Source: Staphylococcus phage AH12 | Direction: 5' to 3' (one strand) | Sequence record: OR455461.1 | Length of the DNA stretch: 64,000 bases | In this document: positions 28,351-38,800 of the stretch, piece by piece | Position numbering within the stretch: the stretch's first letter is position 1 | How the letters are laid out: each line of letters starts with the position of its first letter | Made by a program: the position numbers and the translations under genes | Notes under the pieces: model-generated | The model's input: the letters and a program-made list of their open reading frames with translations, nothing else | Told to the model about the DNA's origin: nothing | Databases searched by the model: none

Positions 28351-30579
28351 ATGCTTATACGTAACGTAGGGAACTCGAATATGGGAAAGAATGATGTTCC
28401 TGAAATGGCTGAAGAAATACAATACTCCAAATCAAATAAACTATTATTGAATAATATATCTGAATGGTATATATTTGAAAAGCAATCAGTATTTGGTTTT
28501 CCATTATTAAAGAAATATGAAAATGTATTAAAGGCAGATTTGATAGATTATGACTTAGATAAAGAATATCATTATAAACCTGAGTATCTTTCTAATGAAT
28601 TGTATGGAACAACAGATCTATGGTATTTATTATTATTCGTAAATGATATGCAGACAGTGGATCAATTTAATACAGATACTGTTAAAATATTCACAGAAAC
28701 TGTAATTAACGATTTAAATAAAATTATCAATAGTGAAAACGATGTATTAGGATCTGAAACTAATCCTAAACCAATATATAAACATATGATTAAAAGTACT
28801 GAAGAAGATTCAGACAGAGTAACACCTAAATACAGAAATCCTAAAATTATACCTTTTGTACCCGAATTAGACTTTGATGATAAATTGAATGATATTACTT
28901 CAGATCGCTATTTAAGAGAAAGATATGAAGTTCATGAACACAAATTCTATAGACCTGATACAGATAAAAAAGAATTAGTTGAACCTTTTACACTTAATAA
29001 TGATGGTTTAAAAACTTTACCTCATATTTTTTATAAGAAAGGTTTTTCTCGTAAATTTAAAGGTAAGATGTATTTCAAACCTGGTGAAAAATACTTATTT
29101 GCTCCATTACAAAATGGAACTTCTAAATTAAATATAACAGACAGTAAAGGGTTTAATATAATTAATGCTACAGAAAATTATCAATTTAAAGCTCCAACTG
29201 CTATATTTGATTTAAGAAAAGCTAATGATGAAGATGTACAGCATTCTAATTTAGAATCAACTAGATTATCTTCAGTAAGTTTTAATAAAGAAACTGGTCT
29301 TTATGAAGTTAAAGGAGATATGTTCAGTAAGTCAGATAAAGAAGAAGGCGATTCAGCTTCTTTTGTTAAAATAACTCTAGATGATGAAAATGAAAATCCT
29401 AGAATGAATATTAAACGTTTACTTAAATATGATTTCTTTGCATTTAATTTAGGTTATTCAACTAATTTTAAAGATAATAATAATCCAACAGCTAAATTAG
29501 TATATGATATTACATTAACTTCTAATACTGGTAAAGTTAAGAAAGTTGAAAACATATTTCCTTCAACTAATAAAAATTATAATACTCAAGGTCAAAAATC
29601 TTATCTTAAGCATATGATGTATAATATGAAGAACATTAAAAAAATGGAGATAGATGTTAAATTAACTAATTTTGATAATGAAGTTGATCCAAATGAAATT
29701 ATACAAGTTAGTCTTGATGAACTTGAAATAGCTGGAATTAGTCATGAAGAATTTAATAATACATTTATAGTGACTAAAGAAGATTGGTATGATGTGGAAT
29801 TGGAATACAACTATTCATTAAAAAATCCAGATGGATCACAGTATTTCTTTGATGAAAGTCGTTCAGGAATCTTCTTTAACCCTATGATAGTTGCAGTAAG
29901 GTCTTATGGAACTTATCCAGTTGATACACAGACATATACAGGATTTTACAATAAATCAATTACTAAACAATCATTAGGAAACTATGGTTACGTTAGCTTT
30001 AAAGATGGAACAACTAAATTTGATGACGATTCTTTAAACTATGTATATAGTCAAAATTTCAAATTCCCTAAAAATTATATTATGACATTTAAAGTTATTA
30101 ATAAAAATAATACTGGTGGAGCAGGTATCATATTTGATTATAATTCTAATCTTAACTCAGGTTATATGTTATGGATAGCTTCTCAACAAGAAAATTGGGA
30201 TGTACCTTATTTTGATTTGGATGATAAAGATGTAATGGATGATCCTGATCGTGTAATGAAAACTGGTTTCTATGAAATTGATAAAGTATTTGGAAAACCT
30301 AAAGAAATATTCCAAGATGAAAAGGAAAAACAACTATATGTAACTAATCATGTACCTTTAGATATTAATAATAAATATATTAAGATTATAAAGAATGAAA
30401 ATAGAATTAGAATTTTCATAGACAAAAATAAAGATTTTAATTATAGAAAACCTGATGTTGATATTAAAGATATTGAAAATATTAATATGGAAGGTCATAT
30501 GGGATTCATATCCGCTTTTTCAGGTTTAGAAGTTCAATATGACAGTTATTATGAATATAGAGATAAGTATGATGATTAA
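28351..30579 (+). CDS. hypothetical protein (possible virion or carbohydrate-binding protein)
   Basis: 742-aa ORF. Start follows GGAAGTGAAATTAAA. Terminator hairpin at 30594..30622. Confidence 0.5.
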   Translation: MLIRNVGNSNMGKNDVPEMAEEIQYSKSNKLLLNNISEWYIFEKQSVFGFPLLKKYENVLKADLIDYDLDKEYHYKPEYLSNELYGTTDLWYLLLFVNDMQTVDQFNTDTVKIFTETVINDLNKIINSENDVLGSETNPKPIYKHMIKSTEEDSDRVTPKYRNPKIIPFVPELDFDDKLNDITSDRYLRERYEVHEHKFYRPDTDKKELVEPFTLNNDGLKTLPHIFYKKGFSRKFKGKMYFKPGEKYLFAPLQNGTSKLNITDSKGFNIINATENYQFKAPTAIFDLRKANDEDVQHSNLESTRLSSVSFNKETGLYEVKGDMFSKSDKEEGDSASFVKITLDDENENPRMNIKRLLKYDFFAFNLGYSTNFKDNNNPTAKLVYDITLTSNTGKVKKVENIFPSTNKNYNTQGQKSYLKHMMYNMKNIKKMEIDVKLTNFDNEVDPNEIIQVSLDELEIAGISHEEFNNTFIVTKEDWYDVELEYNYSLKNPDGSQYFFDESRSGIFFNPMIVAVRSYGTYPVDTQTYTGFYNKSITKQSLGNYGYVSFKDGTTKFDDDSLNYVYSQNFKFPKNYIMTFKVINKNNTGGAGIIFDYNSNLNSGYMLWIASQQENWDVPYFDLDDKDVMDDPDRVMKTGFYEIDKVFGKPKEIFQDEKEKQLYVTNHVPLDINNKYIKIIKNENRIRIFIDKNKDFNYRKPDVDIKDIENINMEGHMGFISAFSGLEVQYDSYYEYRDKYDD

Positions 30580-30593
30580 AGACAGTATAATTG

Positions 30594-30630
30594 AGGTAAT
30601 GACATTAATTTGTCATTACCTCTTATTTTT
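30594..30630. terminator. bidirectional terminator
   Basis: Stem GAGGTAATGACA..TGTCATTACCTC then TTATTTTTT. Lies between convergent genes. Confidence 0.6.
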
Positions 30631-30644
30631 TGCTATGTCAACTT

Positions 30645-30872
30645 TTAACTCATATTTTTTCTAACTAAATAATCTTTTATTTCTTTAACATCATATTTTT
30701 TAGCTACTTCGTAAATAAGCTCTCTAAGTTCTTTTACTTCTTTTTCTAGAGAATATTCTTCATTATCTTTCAATATATCTTTTTCTACTTGTTTAGATGC
30801 TCTAAGTTGTATTCTTGAATAAAGTTCATCCATAGATGAACCGTTATCATTAAAATTAATATATGAACTCAT
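30645..30872 (-). CDS. small protein with family-like C-terminal tail (..KEIKDYLVRKNMS)
   Basis: 75-aa ORF. Confidence 0.45.
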   Translation of the reverse strand: MSSYINFNDNGSSMDELYSRIQLRASKQVEKDILKDNEEYSLEKEVKELRELIYEVAKKYDVKEIKDYLVRKNMS

Positions 30873-30877
30873 AATTA

Positions 30878-31159
30878 TTATTTCCCTTCATTTTTATATA
30901 ATAATCTATTATATCTGGATTTTATACTTCTACTATTAATTTTCTCTTTAGATAAAGCTTCTTTTAGTTCCTTAATTTGTCTTTCTTTTTCTTTATTATC
31001 TTCAACAACTCTATTAGCCAAAGCTAGAGACTTATCAACTCTATTATTTAAATCGTAAAATTTCTCTTCTACTTTCTTAGTTCTAGCTATAGTTTTCTTT
31101 ACAGTGTTAATAAATTCTTCTGATCCAATTATTCTTTTAATAGCCTTCATATGCTTCAT
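30878..31159 (-). CDS. small coiled-coil protein
   Basis: 93-aa ORF. Confidence 0.45.
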   Translation of the reverse strand: MKHMKAIKRIIGSEEFINTVKKTIARTKKVEEKFYDLNNRVDKSLALANRVVEDNKEKERQIKELKEALSKEKINSRSIKSRYNRLLYKNEGK

Positions 31160-31163
31160 TCCT

Positions 31164-31439
31164 TTATTTAAGATTATCTCTTATAAAATTCTTTAGATAC
31201 TTTTTAGTTACTTCAGAATGTGAATTTAATTCGTTAGAAAGACGAACTAATTCTAATCTTACCTCATCCAATTTCTTTTCATTAGTTTGATTAGAATTAT
31301 CTATTTTATTAATTAATGTGCCTATAATATCATTTACATAATGATAGTTATCTTTCATAGTATTTAATTTAATTTCATTCATTCTAGTACGTTCTTCTAA
31401 ATCTTCCATACGCTTAATTAAACTTTTTTCATTATCCAA
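31164..31439 (-). CDS. small coiled-coil protein
   Basis: 91-aa ORF. Confidence 0.45.
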   Translation of the reverse strand: MDNEKSLIKRMEDLEERTRMNEIKLNTMKDNYHYVNDIIGTLINKIDNSNQTNEKKLDEVRLELVRLSNELNSHSEVTKKYLKNFIRDNLK

Positions 31440-31459
31440 AATAAAATCACATCTCTTTA

Positions 31460-31738
31460 TTATTTAAAATTTTCTTTAACTATTTCGTTAGATAGTTTAT
31501 TTATATAATCATTTTCAAATCCTGTATGCTTAGAAATAGATACTATTGCTTCTTTAAGAAGTTCATTTTCTTTTTTAAGATTTTCATTATATGCATAAAG
31601 ATCATTTACAGCTTTATTTAATTTTTCAATTTCAAAATTAATAATTGATCTATCATTAGATAATCTATGAGTCATATCTTTAAGGTCAACTTCTAGATTG
31701 TTTATTCCTCCTGCTAAATCTTCGATTTCTTCATTCAT
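31460..31738 (-). CDS. small coiled-coil protein ending ..IVKENFK
   Basis: 92-aa ORF. Confidence 0.45.
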   Translation of the reverse strand: MNEEIEDLAGGINNLEVDLKDMTHRLSNDRSIINFEIEKLNKAVNDLYAYNENLKKENELLKEAIVSISKHTGFENDYINKLSNEIVKENFK

Positions 31739-31751
31739 TTTTAAATCACCC

Positions 31752-32207
31752 TTATTTAATTAATTTAAATAAATTACGTCCAAATTCTTTATACTTTTTA
31801 TTTTCAATTAAACTAAAATCAGCTAAGCTACTATCTACTTGTAATAAGTAAATTGGATCGTCCTTTTTATTTTTATTATTTAAAATAAAACTTCCAAAAT
31901 AAATATTTTCTTCTCTAGGTTTTTCTTTTTTAACTTTTAAATCTTTTTCGTTGAATTCAAATTTATATATGAAACCCATCAACTGTATAGGGCCATTTTT
32001 AAATATATGATAATCAAAACTATTTTCAAATTTATGATTTTCTTTATTAATTTGATCTATTAATTCATCTTTAATAACTTCATTATAAAAAGACTCATCA
32101 ACTTGACTCAATGGTCTTAAATAAGATTCTTCCTGTATTTTAGGTTCTAATAATTTAATTTTTTGGTCTAAAGTTAAATCTGATGCAATTTTCTTTTCAT
32201 TTGTCAT
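31752..32207 (-). CDS. hypothetical protein
   Basis: 151-aa ORF. Confidence 0.45.
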   Translation of the reverse strand: MTNEKKIASDLTLDQKIKLLEPKIQEESYLRPLSQVDESFYNEVIKDELIDQINKENHKFENSFDYHIFKNGPIQLMGFIYKFEFNEKDLKVKKEKPREENIYFGSFILNNKNKKDDPIYLLQVDSSLADFSLIENKKYKEFGRNLFKLIK

Positions 32208-32221
32208 TATTTTAAATCTCC

Positions 32222-32449
32222 TTATATAAATTTACTATTAATATCTTTAAAAAGTATTTTCTTTAACTCTTTTCTATCAACTTCATTATTCTGATAAATT
32301 TTAAAAAGGAAGTCATGAAGTTCTTTATTCTCTTGTTTCAGTTCTTCAATTTTATCAAGTTTATCCTGACCTCTTACTGTTCTAGAAAGATTATTCAATG
32401 CAGTGTTTAATTGATTTGAAACTTGATTAATTTGATTGTTATTTGCCAT
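32222..32449 (-). CDS. small hypothetical protein
   Basis: 75-aa ORF. Confidence 0.4.
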   Translation of the reverse strand: MANNNQINQVSNQLNTALNNLSRTVRGQDKLDKIEELKQENKELHDFLFKIYQNNEVDRKELKKILFKDINSKFI

Positions 32450-32462
32450 TGAAAAATCTCCT

Positions 32463-33686
32463 TTACTTAACTATAATTAAATTCTTTTTAGCACGAGTAA
32501 TTGCAGTATATAATGATTTGTATCTATCTTTAGAATAATTTTCATCGAATACAATAACGTTATCAAATTCAGATCCTTGAGATTTATGAACAGTTATTCC
32601 ATAAGCATAATTAAAAGGATTAACTTTCATACTAAAATTACTCATAGTGGTTACATAACGTTTTTTAAAGATCTTATTAATTTCATTATCTGTCTTTCTT
32701 AATTCAAATAATTCTTGTTGATCTCTAATAGTTCCATTGAAAATTAAATCATCATAATATATTCTACTAAATCTTTCATCTTTAAAACCAACAGGTTTAA
32801 AATCTAATTGTGTTGAAGCAGTAAAACTATTTTTCTTACCGGATCTTGTTATTTCTCCAATTAAACCATTTGTAAGATATTGATTTATATTTCCTTCAGT
32901 AATAACTTTATTCCAGTTATTTTTTAAACAAATAATTTTTTCTCCTGATTTAGGGAAAGGATTTGATTCAATGTCAATTCCTTCAACTTGACTTCTATAG
33001 AAGCTATTAAATTGATTAACTGTTTTATTATAACTCATAAGAACTTGATCTGCATTTTTATACATATCTATTGTTAAATCATTTGAATTTATTACTTGTA
33101 AATTATCTCCATAAGAACCATATTCAATATCTTCTCCTTTACGGACTTCATTAGCCATTTTAAGAATAGGATTATCTAATGCCTGTCTAACAGGTTCATC
33201 TAAGAATATGTCTGGATTTTCTATTAATGAATTAGTACCAAATACTGGTGTCAATTGAGATTTATCTCCACAAACTAATATAGGTATTTCAAATTGTTTA
33301 ATCTCTTCAATCATTTTATCAGGAACCATAGATATTTCATCAATGATTATTAATTTAATTTCAGGATTAAATTCTTCTTTAGTTTTTAAAACAAATCTAA
33401 CTTCACCTGTTTTTTCATCTACGAAAGGATTATAGATAGTTCTATGAATGGTAGTAGCGTTTATACCTCTCTTAACTAATACTCCTGCTGCCATACCTGT
33501 ATATGCTATAAATGATACTTGAGATTCATGTAATCCTAAAGTATCTATTATTTTAGTCATCAAATAACTTTTACCACTTCCAGCAATTCCTGCTAAAACA
33601 AAAGGTCTTGATGTATCATTATTCCACCAGTACTTAGCTTTCATTAATCCTTCTTCTTGTTTTTTATTTAATCCCATGAAATTCAT
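32463..33686 (-). CDS. SF1B Dda/RecD-like DNA helicase
   Basis: Walker A LAGIAGSGKSYL, Walker B LIIIDEISMV, C-terminal GITVHKSQGSEFDNVIV (helicase motifs V/VI of the RecD/Dda family). Confidence 0.6.
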   Translation of the reverse strand: MNFMGLNKKQEEGLMKAKYWWNNDTSRPFVLAGIAGSGKSYLMTKIIDTLGLHESQVSFIAYTGMAAGVLVKRGINATTIHRTIYNPFVDEKTGEVRFVLKTKEEFNPEIKLIIIDEISMVPDKMIEEIKQFEIPILVCGDKSQLTPVFGTNSLIENPDIFLDEPVRQALDNPILKMANEVRKGEDIEYGSYGDNLQVINSNDLTIDMYKNADQVLMSYNKTVNQFNSFYRSQVEGIDIESNPFPKSGEKIICLKNNWNKVITEGNINQYLTNGLIGEITRSGKKNSFTASTQLDFKPVGFKDERFSRIYYDDLIFNGTIRDQQELFELRKTDNEINKIFKKRYVTTMSNFSMKVNPFNYAYGITVHKSQGSEFDNVIVFDENYSKDRYKSLYTAITRAKKNLIIVK

Positions 33687-34050
33687 ACACCTCGATTATT
33701 TTTGTAAATTATTCACTTTATATTTTAATAATTATTGGTTAAGTCAGTTTAATAATTTTTTCTTTATAAAAAATTTGAAATCCACCACAATATATTATTT
33801 ATATATTTGTAAATAATAGATTTTTTATTAATTAATAAATATATTATAAAAAATAATAGTAATTAAAAATGTTATTAAAAATTAAGTAATTAAAATTAAA
33901 GAAAAATTCATATAAATAAACTTAATTTGGATCATAGAAAAAATTAAAAATTCCAACTAATATTTTAAATATATATTATTTTAATGAGATTAGGTTAAAT
34001 ACTAATTTCAAATATATAAAAATATGTAAAATATAAGGAGAGAATATGGT
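33687..34050. promoter_or_regulatory. 364-bp very AT-rich divergent intergenic region (candidate promoter hub or origin-like region)
   Basis: Largest non-coding gap in the window, between divergently transcribed genes. Many A/T tracts and short direct repeats (ATTAAAAAT, TAAATAT). Confidence 0.35.
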
Positions 34051-34983
34051 ATGGCAATTACAAGAAGAAAAGTAACTAATGAGACTAAGGATTTAAGTGT
34101 ATTGGAATCAGCAGAATTAAAAGTAAGTGAAGAACAAGGTTATAAAGGTGATGTATTAACTTTTGAAATTGAAACAGTTCCAAAAGAATATGATAGAAAG
34201 AATTTAGTATTAATTCCAGAAGATGATAATGTAATTAAAATTAATTACAATAAGAATGAAATTAATATTGCTTCTGATGAATTAAAAGATGTAAGTATCA
34301 AATTAAAGGATATTCCAACAGATACAGAATATGATAATGTAACTATTACAGCTTCAGGAATTAATCCTGATAAAGAAAAAGAAATTAAAGAGGAAAAAGA
34401 AGAAAAAGAAGTTAAAGAAGAAAAAGTAGAAGAAGTTAAGAATCCAGTTAAAAAGAAACCTAGTACAAAAACTAAAACTAAAACAAATAAAAAGGATGAT
34501 AATAAAATGGAAAAAATTAAAGTTAATCGAGTTAAAAAAGACGTTAAGAAAACTGCTAAAAAGGAATACAGTGATAAATCATACACTAAAGATGAATTGT
34601 TAAATGATTTATTAACGAATCTTGTAGATGAATCAGGAGATGCTGCATACAGTAAGAAAGAATTAAAAGATATTATAACATTAGCAGATTCATTACGTAC
34701 ATCAGCTTTAAAAGATGGTAAAACAATTTCAATTAATAACATCAACTTTACACGTAAATTACAAAAAGCTCGTATTCATGCACCTAAATTAGATACAGTT
34801 AAATCACCTTCATATGTAACTCCACATGTAGTTATGCAAGCTAAAGTTGAATCTGATGATAAAAAAGTATTAAAAGGTGAGAAATTATCTGCTGATAAAT
34901 TTAAAACAGTAGATGGTGAAGAAATCGATTTAAATAAAGTTAATGAAGAGTATGAAAAAGAGTTTAAAAATAAATTTCAATAA
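34051..34983 (+). CDS. hypothetical Lys/Glu-rich protein
   Basis: 310-aa ORF. AAGGAGAG RBS. KEKEIKEEKEEKEVKEEKVEEVK low-complexity segment. Confidence 0.5.
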   Translation: MAITRRKVTNETKDLSVLESAELKVSEEQGYKGDVLTFEIETVPKEYDRKNLVLIPEDDNVIKINYNKNEINIASDELKDVSIKLKDIPTDTEYDNVTITASGINPDKEKEIKEEKEEKEVKEEKVEEVKNPVKKKPSTKTKTKTNKKDDNKMEKIKVNRVKKDVKKTAKKEYSDKSYTKDELLNDLLTNLVDESGDAAYSKKELKDIITLADSLRTSALKDGKTISINNINFTRKLQKARIHAPKLDTVKSPSYVTPHVVMQAKVESDDKKVLKGEKLSADKFKTVDGEEIDLNKVNEEYEKEFKNKFQ

Positions 34984-34995
34984 TAAATAGATTGG

Positions 34996-35658
34996 ATGAT
35001 ATTAATGAAGCATTTTTACAATAAAAAAAGAAGTATTAATATTAATATAGAAAATTTATATTTAAATCATATTGATGTAATTAAACGTTACGATTTTGGT
35101 GATGAAGAATTACATCAAATGATTGATAGATTTTTACCTCAAGTAATTGAAGAATCTTATGAGTTTAATATTGAAATGTATAATTTATTAAAGACTGATA
35201 ATATTAAAGAACGCTATGAATTAACTTCATTAGCTTCTCTTGAATTATTAGATATAATTCTTTATTTCGTTTCTATAAATTCTACTTTAATTGAGAAGTA
35301 TAATTTAGAATACAAATATGTAATAGAGTTGAATGATTTAAATTTCAGTAAAGACTTTGTATTAAATACAGGTGAAAAAGTTAATGATGATAAATTCTAT
35401 CAAACAATAATTGATTCTGTAAGTAAAACAGTAGTTAATAACGGTGGTCATATAAGAAGATTAACTCCTAATAGAAAATATCATCAAGAGAATAAAGAAG
35501 TTAGTAAAAAAGAAATGAATCATATTATTGGTACTATTTTCTTTATTAATCATAGAACAATAGATTTCTTATTAACTGTATTATTTGAAAAACTATCTTT
35601 AGAAAAAGATGTAGATCCAATATTAGATAAAATTCAAGAAGTAGTTAAAAATAAATAA
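34996..35658 (+). CDS. hypothetical protein
   Basis: 220-aa ORF, followed by hairpin plus T-run terminator at 35664..35727. Confidence 0.5.
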   Translation: MILMKHFYNKKRSININIENLYLNHIDVIKRYDFGDEELHQMIDRFLPQVIEESYEFNIEMYNLLKTDNIKERYELTSLASLELLDIILYFVSINSTLIEKYNLEYKYVIELNDLNFSKDFVLNTGEKVNDDKFYQTIIDSVSKTVVNNGGHIRRLTPNRKYHQENKEVSKKEMNHIIGTIFFINHRTIDFLLTVLFEKLSLEKDVDPILDKIQEVVKNK

Positions 35659-35663
35659 TTATT

Positions 35664-35727
35664 TTCCCTAACACTTATATTCCTTAAATGGAGTATTTGT
35701 GTTAGGGAAATTTTTGTTTTTTTTTTG
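35664..35727 (+). terminator. rho-independent terminator
   Basis: Stem TTCCCTAACAC..GTGTTAGGGAA followed by T18. Confidence 0.6.
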
Positions 35728-35805
35728 TAAATTATTATCAAATCATATATCTCGATGAAACATATTTGTATTAAGAAAATATGAGCGGTGGTGAAATTAA
35801 AAGTA

Positions 35806-38800
35806 ATGGATAATAATAAAAAGAATATAAAGAGACTAGAGAAAAATAACAATTCAGAGATAATTAAAAATGCTTCTAAAAATACTAGTCGTATTCTTTT
35901 CAATGCATTTATTAAATCAAATCCAGCACTAGATAGTGTTATTGGTTCTGATGGATTAAATTTAATGAATCAAGAAGAAAGAAGAATTAAAAATGTTTCT
36001 GAAATTAAATCTTCTACTAAGAATTTAATAAAAAGTATTAAATCTAGTTCAGAAGAAAATGATATATTTTCAGAAGAAAGTGAAAAACTATCAAATTCTA
36101 AACCTGAGTATGAGACAGTTACTGAAATAATTGATAATGATGATGGTACAAAATCTGAAATAATAAACGTTTCAGATAAAAAGAAATCTAGTCTAGTAAA
36201 TTCACCTTTAATTGCTTTTAATAATCTCGCTACGATTAACCAAAAAGGTTTTACAGGAACTAATATAGCTTTAAGAAATTTAGCGGTATCAAATGAAGCT
36301 ACAAGTACTTTAATGAATTCAGCAGTATTGAATTTAGAATCAATACAGAATTCTATATATCAAAATACTTTACTTGAAGAAAACACTAAAAGAGGAAAAC
36401 AGAGTAAATTATTTGAAATAGTTAATGGTAATATAAGTTTATTAAAATATTTAGACAATAAAACAAATATTGAAAATAATTCAATGATAAGTATGTTAGG
36501 TGGTTCTGAAGGACTTAAGAATATATTAATGGGATTTGCAAAAAATCCTATTGAATTAGCATTAACTACAGGTGCTCAAATGGGCATGAAGAAATTAATG
36601 TATGGAAGTACTTCAGGATATGATCCAGATGATGTTGAAAATAAAGGTATATTTAGTAGACTTAATAGAAAATTTGATCCTAATAATTTAGGTTCTTTAT
36701 TAGTAAGTGAACTGACTGATGATGAAGGAAGAATATCAAATACCCTAGATAAACTTAAAGGTAATGATAATAAATATATTTCTAATTTAGGAGAAGCACT
36801 TAATAAGAGAATCGGAAATTTAAAAGATAATGTTTTAAGTGATGGAACAATATCAACTAAGAATAAAAGAGATAAAAATACTCCAGTTCAATTTGATAGA
36901 GAAAGTCATACTTCTATTAATAAAGCTATACCAGATCTTTTATCTAGATTACAAGGTAATCTAATTGCTAGAAGAGAAGGAAAATCTAATGGTTTAGTTA
37001 ATAATAGCGAATTAGGTAGTATATATAACTATTCTAAAGGAACTTGGGATAGTAGAGGGAATAATAGAAAAAATATAAATGACAAATTAAAAGAAAAATC
37101 ATTATTTAATTTTAAAGATACTAAGTTAGGAAAAGATTTATCTAATAATGGTATTGAAGATGAAGAAGTTAAAGACATCTTATTCTCTTTAAGTAAAATT
37201 AATAAACCAGTAAAAAATAAAGATGAATTATCTAAATATACTAAAGATATAAATTATTCAGATATTGTTGAAAATATTTTCAATAATGATATATCTAAAT
37301 TTAATATTGATCTTTTTAATATTAAGAAATCAATAGGTACTGAGTATAACAAGATTGATAAAGATGGTTCATCATTAATGACATTTACAGATATTAAAGG
37401 TTTAAAAAGAAGAAATAATGAAGTTCAATCAAGTTCTGCTAGAGTAAATAAAATTAATGAAGTTAAAGATTATTCTAATATCGAATGGAAGAATGATGAT
37501 CTTGATGAACTTAAAAAATTATTCTTAGAAATAGAAAGTAAATTAGATGATATTAACCCAGAAAATATAAGCAATAATAAAGATTATGTAAATGATAAAA
37601 TAGGAAGAATTAATAGTATTATAGATTCTTCTAGTAAGTTTAATTTACCTAGCTATTTATCTAATGAAAAAACAAAATCAGTTCAAGACAAATTAGGTAA
37701 ACTATCAAACTCCGTTAATAAATTTAATGATATACGTAAAGATCCTTCATCTATTTTAAAAGGAAACACTTATAATGATAATAATAATGAAGATCTTAAT
37801 TCTGGGATCATAGATAATAACTATACAGATAATCATCCTTTAATGAATTTAATAAATAATATTAAAGGAAAACAGAGTAATAATAAAGTTGATTTAAATA
37901 AAGAACCAACTAAAAGCATTGATGATTTATCTAGAGAAGAAAAGCAATCTAAAGCTAGAAAGTATCTTGAAAATATAATTAGCACTGCTTATCCTAAGCA
38001 AAGTAAAACTATGATAAATGACATGAATCAATCTGATGATAATAAAAAATTAGATGAAATGAAAAAAGGTTTATCAACTGCAAATGCTGCTGAAACTGGT
38101 GAAGATGTTATATCAAAATTATCAGGATCTAGTAAAACAAAAGTTGCTGAAGATTTAAGAGGAACTCTTAAATTTGGTTCTGGTGGAGCTGCTGAAAAAG
38201 AAATGGGTACTAAAAAATTAATGAATTCAATGTTAGATTTTAGTAAACCAGGAACAATTGCCTTTGCAGGACTATCCGCTACTGTTTTAGCTAAATTAAT
38301 GAACGGTAAAAAGAAAAAAGATCAAGAAAAAGGTCTAATGGGTAGCGTTGGAACAGGATTAGGTTTCTTAGGTAAAGCTGGATTAATGTTAGGTGGAGGA
38401 GTTTTAGCTGCTAAATTCTTACCTAAACTCTTAGGTAAATTTTTACCTAAAGGTGCTATGAATATGTTTGATACAATTAAAAATTTACCTGGAAAATTAA
38501 AAGGAACTTTTGGTAAAGTTTTTGATGCCGGTAAAAATTTCTTCGGTAAAGGTAAAAACCTAATTGGAAAAGGATTAGGATTAGGTAAAAATATATTCGG
38601 TAAAGGAATTAAGTTAGGTAAAAATATCTTAGGAAAAGGTGCTCAATTAGGAAAATCTTTAATGGGTAAAGGATCTTTAGGATTAATTAAAGATGGTTTC
38701 GGTAAAGGTGCTTCTATAGCTAAAAGTGGATTTAATAAATTATTTAATCTTGGTGGTAAAAATTCTTTTGCAACTAAAGGTCTTCCTAAATCAGGTGGGA

